Of a stretch of DNA of 64,000 bases, positions 25,826-37,965 are shown piece after piece; within the stretch, counting starts at the first letter, position 1, and every line of letters starts with the position of its first letter. Source of the stretch: Octopus vulgaris (Eukaryota); assembly GCA_951406725.2 (NCBI GenBank), contig OX597818.1:135160001-135224000 (forward strand), read 5' to 3'. A program made the position numbers and the translations under genes. The notes under the pieces were generated by a model. That model was not told the DNA's origin, made no database searches, and saw only the letters and a list, made by a program, of their open reading frames with translations.

Positions 25826-28800
25826 GATTATAAGGGCTAAAATTTCTCAGGTTTTATAATGGAAGTCTTTGAGGTTTTTTAATAAAATTTAATCAGAGGA
25901 GGAAGTACAGCACCAATAACTATCCTTTCAGAGTCATTGAGATTGTTGGAGGAAGATAACCCCAGACCAGAGATTTGATCCAAATTCTTGCAACAGAATG
26001 GATGCTATTAAAGAAACAAGAGATAGATTAAGTCTACAACCTTTACGGCTTTATTGCTGTTGCTTAGACACAGGTGAAGCCTTATTGAGCAAAAATACTC
26101 CAACCACAACCATCCTAAGACTACATTGCTCAATGTGCCATCCTAATATTTTTTTTTAAGATGGCAATGTAATTTGTAAGAGATTTGGCTGCTATTTCTA
26201 ATGAAGCCACCATATAGATGTGCCCTCACTGTGTCACTTGTTGAATATTATTAGCACCAGACTGATGCCAAGATAGAGTTTAATTGTCTTCACTTGTAGA
26301 ACAATGCGAAATAAATAATTCAGGTTGGCTGTGTTTTATCATTGCGGCTATTTCAGTATTTAGTAATTCACTGATCTGAAGTTCAAATCTTTATTGGATT
26401 AACATTTTTGTTTATCTACTTTTATACAGATTAATAAAACAACTAGTTTCATTGCAATGCAAGAGGAATATGTTTAATGAGACTAAAGCATCTTCTTTCA
26501 AAGTGTTCTCCTCTGTCAAAGACGACCAGTATAGTCACCCATAATTTTTTTTTTACTTGCTGAGTTTGTAGGAAGGAGTTCAAGCCATGACTCTCTGAGG
26601 CCACCTGGGACCAGTGAAACTGATGTCATTAATGTTTTACTTAATCTGTTCTAAGTCAACACCTGCAGGAAAGGTATGGGTAGAGAGGGAGTTTTCAGAG
26701 CCAATATTCTGGGGAAGAAGGATTGAGTGTAACGGTTAGTACAAGAGGTGGGGGTACAATGTGATGGTAGGAGGAGGAGAGGTGAATGAGTCATGAATGT
26801 CTGAGTGGAGGCAGCACAAACCAGTCAGCTCCAAGGAGTAGAGACTACTGCTTCTACAACTCCTCTCCTTACTTTTTCTACTGCTACTACAATGCTCTTC
26901 AGACCATTGTAGAAAAAGTAGAGACAGGAGACATTGTAGAGAGGGGACATTGTAGAGAGGAGACATTGTAGAAAAGTAGAGAGAGCAGACAAGAAGGTAA
27001 AGTGTGCTTGTAAGTGATTTTACACGAATCACTGGAGTGACCTTTCTCTGGATGGAGCATATCTTGAAGTGATTCTGACTGAAAAATAGGATATTTTGGT
27101 AGGAATAATCCACAGTATTTTCTCATCAAAACCAAACAATCAGACATTTGGGTTTAGTAGAAAGAGGAATTTGAGATGTCTGTAATGCGTGTTATCCTAA
27201 ACAAGTGATGCCTGATAACACACATCACATCATTGCCTTATGGAGGTAAGCAACCATTAAGAAGCTCATCTTGTCTACACGAGAAACAAGTTTATCAGAA
27301 GGCGGTATTACCTTTCAACTGTTAATAGAAATACACTAAAGAAAAACAAACAACTATTGAACAACTTCTAGCACATTCTTCCAATACACACAGAAAACAG
27401 TGAAGCAGAAAGGTTTGATGAAATATCTTTACATGTCTGGAATAAGCAATAATGCAATGGCATTTAACTATTTTTGTTTCACTGAATATTTGCTCAACAA
27501 CAGTTGTTGACAATATCTTCATAGCTCAACAGCATAGAAAACCCATTTGTTAGATACTTAAACATTGTTTTAAATGGTACCAAATACAAGAAACATTGTT
27601 ATAAGAATTGATAATGTTATTTAAACATTACAATATAAAGTAATTAGATACTTAAATGAAGCATACTATATTTAGCCAACACACACAAAGAAAATAGAAT
27701 GTTATCCAGCAAGAATAAACAGCAGGACTATGTCACTAAAACTACTTCCATTTATGTGGCATTGATATCCTGAAACTAAAACTTAGCACATAGACAACCT
27801 TGAATAGACAAAAGGAGAAAAATAACAGATAAAGTGAAATTTGTATCAACTATTGTTTCTGAAAAACCACCTGACAACTGGAGTTTGTATAAAACAAAAT
27901 AAGGAATATCTTCAAACTGAAAACAACAAACAAATAAATATGGAGTAGGAGTTTGGGGTTAGTTGAAAATTAGTTTGAAAACAAGAAAACCTGGAAAATA
28001 TATAACCTTTAAGCAAAAATATAAGTGGGGTTAGAATCAACAAAACTATCCTTGTATCACCCATACTCATTTTAAGCAACTTAGATAGAATATATGAACA
28101 GCCTTGGTAAGATATTGACTCCTGAAAGAGGGGCAAGACCACAAATCAGAGTGGAGGCATGTAGACAAATGTATCATCCAGTACAACACTGGTACTATAC
28201 TCTATTGGCCCCTAGATCCTGGTAGCTTTGAACTCAGCATTGGATTTCTAAAGTGTCACAGGTAACACAGCACAGATTAAACATTAGGGAGTGTTAAGGC
28301 TTTTGTGTCCCTATTTCTAGTGTCTCAAATTTTAAAAATGAGATAGAATTTGGAGCAATTTAATTTTTAACTAACTTTTTCATTGTAAACTTTTCATTGT
28401 TCAGTTAGTTATAAATGCTAGAAAAGTTCTAATGTAAAATTATGTAGGAAGGTTTTAATTTAAATAGTGAATGCCTACATAGCTATGTAGTTAAAAATCC
28501 TACTTCCTAACCATGTAATCTCAGTTTCAATCCTACTGTGCAGCAGTCCCTTGAGTAAAGTGTCTTTTACTACAGTGCTGAGCTGACCAAAGTCTTGTGA
28601 GTGAATTTGATAGACAGAAACTGAAAGAAGCTCATCATATATGTATGTGTGTGTGTGTGTGTATGTACCCTTGTCTTGACATGTGATGACCATAAATGAG
28701 CATCAATATCATTATACATTTCCAGTCTTCCCTGAAAAACATGTCTGCTGCTTGGAAACAGGTGAAGGTTAGTAACAGGAAGGGCATCTGGACATAAAAA

Positions 28801-29127
28801 ACATCCACCTCAACAAATCCTGTCCCAAGCTATCATAGAAAAGTGGATGTTAAACGATGAATGAACGTTTTGAATATGTGAGGGGATAAAACAAATGACT
28901 CAGCTTGTGTCTGGATCAAATAAATGAAACATTAGCAGATTAATTGAATATCATGTTACTGGTGTTGATTAATAATATACTGTGGAGAGAAAGGAGGATG
29001 GGTGTGACAATGTGGTGGATGTGTGAGTGAATGACTAGACAGATATATGAGAGAGTGTAGCAGTGAGTGATTGTGTGTATGAGTGAGTGACTGTATGAGG
29101 TAAGTGAAATGTGACTCAAGTGTGAAT

Positions 29128-29762
29128 TGTGGACATGAGCAGAGTGTGGGCGTGAGCAGAGTGTGGGCGTGAGCAGAGTGTGGGCGTGAGCAGAGTGTGG
29201 GCGTGAGCAGAGTGTGGGCGTGAGCAGAGTGTGGGCGTGAGCAGAGTGTGGGCATGAGCAGAGTGTGGGCGTGAGTAGAGTGTGGGCGTGAGCAGAGTGT
29301 GGGTGTGAGCAGAGTGTGGGCATGAGCAGAGTGTGGGCGTGAGCAGAGTGTGGGCGTGAGCAGAGTGTAGGCGTGAGCAGAGTGTGGGCGTGAGCAGAGT
29401 GGAGGCATGAGCAGAGTGTGGGCGTGAGCAGAGTGTGGGCGTGAGCAGAGTGTGGGCGTGAGCAGAGTGTGGGCTTGAGCAGAGTGTGGGCTTGAGCAGA
29501 GTGTGGGCGTGAGCAGAGTGTGGGTGTGAGCAGAGTGTGGGCGTGAGCAGAGTGTGGGCATGAGCAGAGTGTGGGCGTGAGCAGAGTGTGGGCGTGAGCA
29601 GAGTGTGGGCATGAGCAGAGTGTGGGCGTGAGCAGAGTGTGGGCGTGAACAGAGTTTGGATGTGAACAGGGTGTGGGCGTGAGCAGAGTGTGGGTGTGAG
29701 TAGAGTGTGGACATGAGCAGAGTGTGGGCGTGAGCAGAGTGTGGGCGTGAGCAGAGTGTGGG
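29128..29762. repeat. 17-bp minisatellite, about 37 copies
   Basis: Unit GTGAGCAGAGTGTGGGC, with variants mostly at the CpG (CGT to CAT, TGT or CTT). Confidence 0.97.
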
Positions 29763-30480
29763 AATGAGTGGATTGATGGAGTGAGTGAAGCATGGGGGTG
29801 AGAAGTATGTATGAGTGACAAGAATGTGGGAGTGAACATATGCACATATTGATGAATATAAAAATTCCCCTGTTGCTTAGGTTCTCAGTTTTTACCAGTA
29901 ATTAAGCAAGGCTTTGTTTACTTTGATAGGGTGAAGTACAATATGGGATTTGTGAAATGTTCTTTTCTACTCTAGGCACAAAACCTGAAATTTTGGGGGA
30001 GGTGGCCCAGTCAATTAGATAGACCCCAGTGTGCAACTGGTACTTAATTTATCGACCCTGAAAGGATGAAAGGAAAAGTTGACCTCAGTGGAATTTGAAC
30101 TCAGAACGTAAAGACAGATGAAATATTGCTACGCATTTCACCCGGTGTGCTAATGTTTCTGCTAGCTCGCTGCCCTCTAGTGGTGAAGTATTATAACTAT
30201 AATGCAACAGTTTAGCTTTTGAATCCTGTGACAAAGTGTGAGAATGAATACACCTGTGTGTTGATGTGTATATTTTCAAAGAACCTTTTAAATGTCAGAT
30301 CTTTGTTAACAGTAAGGACTCCCCATCTGCAGTTTTACAATGAAGCCTGCTTCCCAACGATGTGGATTTGGGTTCAGTTCCATTGTCTGGTAGCCAGGAC
30401 AAGTATCATCTTCCATAGCCAACTAAAGCCTCATGAAATGGAATTCATAGATGGAAATTGAAAAAAGCCTGTCTCGTATA

Positions 30481-31048
30481 CAGGGTGGCTCAAAAATAGG
30501 TTTATAGTTATTCAACTATCTCTTTAGCATTGATATATTAAAAGTTTAGATCTTAATTATAAAAAAATATGAAACTATTATTCAGCAAGATGAAGCACCT
30601 CTACATTATGCATTGACAGTAAGAGACTACCTTAACCAAGCCTTTCCACAGCGTTGGTTTGGAAGACAGGGCAGCATCGAATGGCCACCACATTCACCTG
30701 ATCTGACACCAATAGATTTCTTGGGGGTGGTTGTTGTAAAGAGCAAGGTTCATAAGAATAATCCCAAAACAGCAAATGAATTAAGAGATTACATTTCTGA
30801 TGCATTCACTGAAATTGATGGAGATCGGAATTTGTGTCGGACTGTGTGTCAGAGTGTTCTGAAGAGGTTTGAAGAATGTTGCAATGTTGAAGGAGGACAT
30901 TTTGAGCATCTGAGAGATTAAACATTGTCTATTTAAGATGTGCATAAAAAATATGAATAGAAGATAGAAATTCAAATGTAATAAAATGTTTTAAAAGAAA
31001 TTTAAAGTGCCTATGTGATAACTGCAAACCTACCTTTGGGCCACCCTG
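30481..31048 (+). mobile_element. Internally deleted Tc1/mariner element of DD41D (rosa-like) type, with C-terminal transposase remnant
   Basis: TA|CAGGGTGG ... CCACCCTG|TA. Translation QQDEAPLHY...WPPHSPDLTPIDF...GGHFEHL (about 30580-30921) has 41 residues between the second and third catalytic Asp. Confidence 0.9.
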
Positions 31049-31279
31049 TATGTGTGTGTGTTTTCCTTCAAGCTTAATTTAAGTTCTTCTTGAGATAGTT
31101 CGAGCTAATTGTTAACAAAGCAACAAGACTTTTGGGTTAAGAGAATTCCTGGTGTTTGTAAATATGTGGTTGAGTTGGTGTATTACTTGAATTGTCCGTG
31201 CATACAAAAGCAAGTGTGTGCATCTATTCACATAAGAATCTCAGATGGAGAATTTTTGGAATACCTTTCAAATCTTCTC

Positions 31280-31455
31280 TTTGTCATTAATAGATTGGAT
31301 TTGGAGACACTGTGTCAGTTTCTTTTGCTCTTTTTCTGTGCAACTGAATATTTCTAAGTTTTTTGGTGCATAAACCTAATGCACCTATGATGATAGATAC
31401 AAATGAGAATTCATAGTCAGGATACAAGAACTGTAAGTTCTGCATTAATTCACCA
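31280..31455 (-). mobile_element. Possible R4/Dong-type (restriction-like endonuclease) LINE C-terminal fragment
   Basis: GELMQNLQFLYPDYEFSFVSIIIGALGLCTKKL resembles the I.IGALG motif at RLE C-termini; it abuts a (TATG)n tract. Confidence 0.45.
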
Positions 31456-31782
31456 TGAATGTATGTATGTATGTATGTATGTATGTATGTGTATGTGTGT
31501 GTATGCATGTGTGTGTATGTATGTGTGTGTATGTGTGTGTATGTATGTGTATGTATGTGTGTGTATGTGTGTGTATGTGTATGTGTGTGTATGTATGTGT
31601 ATGTGTGTATGTATGTGTGTATGTATGTGTGTGTATGTATGAGTGTGTGTATGTATGAGTGTGTGTATGTATGAGTGTGTGTATGTATGAGTGTGTGTAT
31701 ATCTATGTGTGTGTCTGAGCTTGAGTTGTGTATGTCCTTCACCACCACTTGACAATCAGTGTTGGTTCGTTTATGTCCCTGT

Positions 31783-31885
31783 GACTTAGTGGTTCAGCAA
31801 AAGTGACCAGCAGAAGGGACTTAGTGGTTCAGCAAAAGTGACCAGCAGAAGGGACTTAGTGGTTCAGCAAAAGTGACCAGCAGAA
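31783..31885 (+). repeat. 35-bp triplication inside a family A SINE tail
   Basis: GACTTAGTGGTTCAGCAAAAGTGACCAGCAGAA(GG) starts at 31783, 31818 and 31853. Confidence 0.95.
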
Positions 31886-32416
31886 TAAGTACCAGACTTG
31901 AAAAGTAAGTAGAGGGGACAAGTTATTCGACTAAATCCTTCAAGGTGGTGCCCCAGCAGACTACAGTCCAATGACTGAAACAAGCAAAAGCTTAAAAATA
32001 AACATATAGGTTGAACTTGAGGAGGAGTTAACACTAATATTAAACTAGCTTTCTTTCCCTGTTCTATCTACTTGATGTCAGTCTGAGATGGTGCATATTT
32101 GAGGGGAGATTGAATTAATATACAAACTTTCCCTACTTTAAAAACTGCTATTGCTTCAGCAAGTTACTCACACTTTAGCACTCTCTATATTGTTGCAGAA
32201 CACTTCTGCAACACTCCTTCACCCAAAATGCTATATTTACTGCCATATAATAACTGAAATTTGAAACGAAAAAGACCCCGTACATATCCATCAGTAAAGA
32301 AACTGTTATACTTTTACTAATGAGCTGCCATGTAAAATCACCCAAGCCATGTTATTGTGATATGTGTTGAGAAGAGCATATCAAATCAATTTTCTGATCC
32401 TTCACATTATTATTAA

Positions 32417-33172
32417 GGTGGTGGGCAAAATGCTTAGCAACATTTCACCCGTCTTTACATTGAGTTCAAATTCCACTTAGGTCAGCTTTGCCTTTCATCC
32501 TTTTGGGGTCAATAAAACAAGTTGAGCACTGAGGCTGATGTAATCAACTTATCCCCGCCCCCAAAATTGAAGGCGTTGTGCCAAAATTTGAAACCATTAA
32601 TATTTTTATCATTAAATGAGTTCAAACTCCACCAAGGTCACCTTTGCCTTTCATCCTTTCAGAATCAATAAAAAAAAAGTACCAGTCAACTACTGGGGGT
32701 TGATGCAATTGACTATCCCCTACCACAAAATTTTAGGTCTTGTGCCAATTATAGAAAAAAATCATCATTATTAAAGCAGCTGTGGTATTTTGCCTGTCAC
32801 TGCCTTCTGAGTTCAATTTCCGCCAAGGCTGACTTTGTTTTTCATCCTTTCGGGGTCAATAAATTAAGTACTAGTTGAACACTGGGGCCAATATAATCAA
32901 TTAGTACCCTCCCCTAAAATTCCCATCTTGTGCCAAAATTTGAAACCATTATTAAGGCAGCTGGCTGGTAAAATCATTAGCACATCAGGCAAAATGCTTA
33001 GCAGTATTCCATCTGTCTTTACATTCTGAGTTCAAATTCCACCAATTGTTGATTTTGCCTTTCTTCCCTTTGGAGTCAATAAAATAAGTACCAGTTGAAC
33101 AATGGGGTCAATGTAATTGACTTACCTCTCCCCTCTCCCCCAATTGCTGGCCATGTGCCAAAATTTGAAATC
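32417..33172 (+). mobile_element. Head-to-tail array of four diverged family B-variant SINEs
   Basis: Four TTTCATCCTTT-type domains, each followed by a TGTGCC...GAAA tail and an ATT-rich spacer. Confidence 0.8.
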
Positions 33173-34519
33173 ACTTTTATTATGGTGGTGACCACCACTA
33201 CAATCTTCTTGGCAATTTTTTTGAAGTCTCACTCTTCTATTAGAAACTGAAGCCAACAAGAACAAAGAACAACTTTCTGAAGAACCATGTTCCACAGTGT
33301 TGCTATAAAATAATTTGGTTTAAAATTCCAGAACACAGTAAAAAGAATCAAATTTAATTCTATAAACATTTCTTCTATAACTGATATTACATCTACAGCA
33401 CCAGTAAAATCTTATCTTTGTCAAACAACAAAAAACTTCAGGTCACAATATTATGCACTTACATATATGCATTCACTCATGTGCACACACACACACAATC
33501 AACACGTATACAGACACCCATCAACATGTATACACATATATACAAATATCTATACACATGCATATATATACACACATGCACACAGGCATACACACACATA
33601 TGTACACGTGCACATGTGCACCAACACAAATGCATAACAAACATTTTCCCCAGAGGACCAAAGATCTCATAAGTTAAATGGAAGACATTCTTTGAACTTA
33701 AAAAAACAACATACTTACACCCAATGGAATTAACTCTACATGATACTCTGATTTCGCTTGAACATAATCATACGTTACCATTTATTACTGATACTTTGAA
33801 CAATAGAAAATTACAGAGGGTCAATTATTTCTTCAATGAAAATTTTAATAAAATCCAAGAAACACGACACTAGTATATCACCATTTATATTCTTATTAAC
33901 TCATTTAAAAGTCTATATTATTTTATGAAAAATATCAAGGATTTGAAATAAATCAAAATTCTTAATATCTATTTTTCGCCATATTGGAATCATATGTCAG
34001 GAACTGGATTAATATCAACCAAGCACTTTGATGTGGCAAACTGGCAGTTATGTTTCCTTATGTGCCAATAAATTTAGTGAAATGTAATCTTCTGGTTATT
34101 AACTGAATAAATCTGAAGTATCAAAACCTGTAATTTAATAACGAGAAAAGAGGCTCTCTACCAGGTCATTGGGTCTAGTGTTAAATCTAATAGGAAAGAG
34201 TATATTTCCAGTGGAACATGACCTTGCCTGTTACTGTCAAACAGTTTAAAAAAACAAGACACAGTCCACAGATTACTAAGTTGTACCAACTGACTTATTT
34301 GTTGGTAAAGATCTGAGGAGATCTAACTAAGGATTTCAATGCATTACTCTTTTACTTGTTTCAGTCATATGAGCACCACCTTTAGTACTTATTCTATCGG
34401 TCTCTTTTTGCTGAACCACTACTAAGTGATGGGGACGTAAACACACCAACATTGGTTGTCAAGCAATGATGGGAGGGACAAACACAGACACAAACAACAA
34501 GCACATACATACATATATA

Positions 34520-34579
<60 letters not shown>

Positions 34580-34662
34580 AATATATATACGTATGTATGT
34601 GTTTGTCCCTCCCACCATTGTTTGACAATGGTAGGAGGGACAATATATATATATATATATAT

Positions 34663-35820
34663 ATAATTAATCAATATAGGGTGGCAAGGAAAATTTTGTA
34701 GAATTTTTTTGCCACCAGCGGCCCAGTGGGAAAAAATTAATTTTTTTAATTTTCTCCTGTTTACGGAATTGATCTTTATTTGCGGTAGAAGCTTTGGCTG
34801 TTATTTCTAGTGGGTGAATGGCCTATTATGGCCGTTCCTTAATTGTTAATGTTGAACTTAAAAATGGTCTATGACTATTTAATTTTTTCCCACTGGGCCG
34901 CTGGTGGCAAAAAAATTCTACAAAATTTTCCTTGCCACCCTATATTGATTAATTATGAATTTTTTGGTTAATTCCGTAATGGAATCGACGATTTATTTGC
35001 TGCCGATAAATTTGGCGCGAGTGCGACGATTTGAAAATTTTAGGTCAGATATTGCCTTGGCAGGATTGGGTATGCCTCGTGTAAATATCTGTTCCGACTT
35101 GAGCTATTTCTTGCTGAAGAATCTGAGGGCTTATGGAAGATTGGCTTGATTTAATTTAATCAGGTTAGTTTACCATTAAACAGCAGATGGAACGGTATAC
35201 CGTACAAGAAATTACAGGGTAAATGTTTTTTTAATTTTCTCCTGTTTACGGAATTGATCTTTATTTGCGGTAGAAGCTTTGGCTGTTATTTCTAGTGGGT
35301 GAATGGCCTATTATGGCCGTTCCTTAATTGTTAATGTTGAACTTAAAAATGGTCTATGACTATTTAATTTTTTCCCACTGGGCCGCTGGTGGCAAAAAAA
35401 TTCTACAAAATTTTCCTTGCCACCCTATATTGATTAATTATGAATTTTTTGGTTAATTCCGTAATGGAATCGACGATTTATTTGCTGCCGATAAATTTGG
35501 CGCGAGTGCGACGATTTGAAAATTTTAGGTCAGATATTGCCTTGGCAGGATTGGGTATGCCTCGTGTAAATATCTGTTCCGACTTGAGCTATTTCTTGCT
35601 GAAGAATCTGAGGGCTTATGGAAGATTGGCTTGATTTAATTTAATCAGGTTAGTTTACCATTAAACAGCAGATGGAACGGTATACCGTACAAGAAATTAC
35701 AGGGTAAATGTTTTTTTAATTTTCTCCTGTTTACGGAATTGATCTTTATTTGCGGTAGAAGCTTTGGCTGTTATTTCTAGTGGGTGAATGGCCTATTATG
35801 GCCGTTCCTTAATTGTTAAT
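34663..35820 (-). mobile_element. Tandem (485 bp x about 2.2) plus inverted (78 bp) insert in (TA)n; Penelope-like pseudo-LTR architecture
   Basis: Units start at 34741, 35226 and 35711. 34663-34740 is the exact reverse complement of 34879-34956. (TA)n lies on both flanks. Confidence 0.75.
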
Positions 35821-37329
35821 ATATATATATATATATATATGACGAGCTTCTTTCAGTTTCCGTCTACCAAATCCACTCACAAGGCTTTGGTCAACTAGAG
35901 GCTATAGTAGAAGACACTTGCCCAAGGTGCCACGCAGTGGGACTGAACCCAGAACCATGTGGTTGGGAAGCAAGCTTCTTACAACACAGCCACTCCTGCA
36001 CCTATGCTTTAAAAACAGCCAATTAATATTGATTTCAAATTTCGGAGGAAGGCATAAGTCAATTACATCAACATCAGTGTTTAATTGGTACTTATCAATT
36101 CTGAAGGGTTGACAGGCAAAGTTGACCCCAGCAGTACTTGAACTCAGAATATAAAGTCACAAGAAATGCCACTAAGCATTTATTTTTTTTCCAACACAGT
36201 AATGATTCTGCCAGCTCACCACTTTATAGACAATTAATTTTGATAAACAATCCACATAAAACTCAGATTCAAACATGAACTGAAATTCCTGAAACTAAAC
36301 TAATACTTATATTATTGGTCTCCATTTTGAAGAATTCTCCAACCTAGAAATATGAAATTCAACTTAACATGCAGATAGTTACATCATATCACACTGCAAG
36401 TATCCAAGTTATGCAACAGCATGTTGTCTTGGCTTCTAAAATGCGTATTTGGTCCAATCTGGTTTTGTCCAGCAAATGTATGTAGACCAACTGTTCACAA
36501 GTTAAATGATACCCATCTGTTCAAAAATTAATATATCAGACCCAAAAAATTAATATTAGTTATAAAAAAAATTTTTTATAAAAAACAGTTAATTTTTATC
36601 TTTACTTACATGATTATACTACTCAGTAGAAATCTTTGACAGAAGTTTCAACATTTAATGTCCATTTTCTATGCTGGCATGGGTTGGACGGCTTGACAGG
36701 AATTGGCAAGGCCCTGGGTCACACCAGGTTCCATGGTCTGTTTTGGCCTGGTTTCTACAGCTGGATGCCCTTCCTAATGCCAACCACTTTACAGAATGTA
36801 GTGGCATTAACATGGCACCATCACCAGTGCCTTTTGTGCAGACATGACTGTGTGGTTAAGAAGCTTATTTCCCAACCACTTAGTTCAGTTCCACTGTGTG
36901 GCACTTTGGGCAAGTGTCTTTTACTACAGCCCCAGGCTGAGCAAAGCCTTGCCGGTGGATTTGGTAGATGGAAACTGAAAAAAACACATCATATATATGT
37001 GGGATGGGGGTACATATATGTGTGTGCACATGTGTGTCTTCACATGGCATGATTTTCATAAATGAATGTTACCATCTCACAAGTAGTGTCCTCCATTTCC
37101 AATCTTCCATGAAAACATGTCCAACCATGTGGAAATATTACCTTATTTTAAAGAGGTAAGGGTTGGTGACAGGAAGGGTATACAACAGTAGAAAATCTAC
37201 ATCAACAAATTCTGTCTGACCCATGTGAGCATGGAAAAGCAAACTTTAAAATGATGATGGTGATGCCAAAAGATTCCTGCTTGGAATGAAACTACTAGGA
37301 ACTGTGAGACATTGAACTTTATGATAGTT

Positions 37330-37364
<35 letters not shown>

Positions 37365-37450
37365 ATAATAATGTGAGGGAATATTATTCCAAACTTACAG
37401 GGAAAAATTCAATTTAGAAATACTAAATCAAATTTCACAAAATATAATAT

Positions 37451-37965
37451 ATCATCATCGTTTAACGTCCGTTTTCCGCGCTAGCACAAGTTGGATGGTT
37501 CGACCGGGGTCTGGGAAGCCAGGGGCTGCTCCAGGCTCCAGTCTGATCTGGCAGAGTTTCTACGGCTGGATGCCCTTCCTAACGCCAACCACTCTGTGAG
37601 TGTAGTGGGTGCTTTTTACGTGCCACCTGCACAGGTACCAGGGGGGGTCCGGCATCGGCCACGATCGGTTGGAGCTTTTAACGTGCCAGTGCCACGGAAG
37701 CCAGCCAAGGCGGAGCTGGCAACGTTTGGATGGTGCTTTTTATGTGCCACCGGCACAGAAGCCAGTCGGAGCAGCGCTGGCATCGGCCACGTTCGGATGG
37801 TGCTTTTTATGTGCCACCGGCACAGAAGCCAGTCGGGGCGGCGCTAGCATCGGCCACGTTCGGATAGTGCTTTTTATGTGCCACCGGCACAGGCATCACA
37901 ACTACTATTTCCATTGATATTTATTTCGACGTTCATGTACTTGACTCAACAGGTCTCCTCAAGCA
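37451..37965 (-). mobile_element. RTE 3' UTR fragment with internal tandem GGTGCTTTTTATGTGCCACC units
   Basis: Homologous to 650-1048; similar copies lie at 42035-42635 and 63050-63690. Confidence 0.8.

Noticed and set aside
28940-29847. Three overlapping 243-301 aa His/Thr/Pro-rich ORFs
   Set aside because: They are a by-product of a 17-bp minisatellite with no minus-strand stops in any frame; there is no codon-level periodicity.
31783-31885. 35-bp direct repeats resembling a CRISPR array
   Set aside because: There are no spacers, the context is eukaryotic, and the unit is part of a SINE tail.
35113-35145. CTGAAGA within the 485-bp unit
   Set aside because: There is no stem II plus GAAA arrangement, so it is not a hammerhead.
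34955-35634. Two identical 64-aa ORFs
   Set aside because: They come from the 485-bp tandem duplication and show no recognisable domain.
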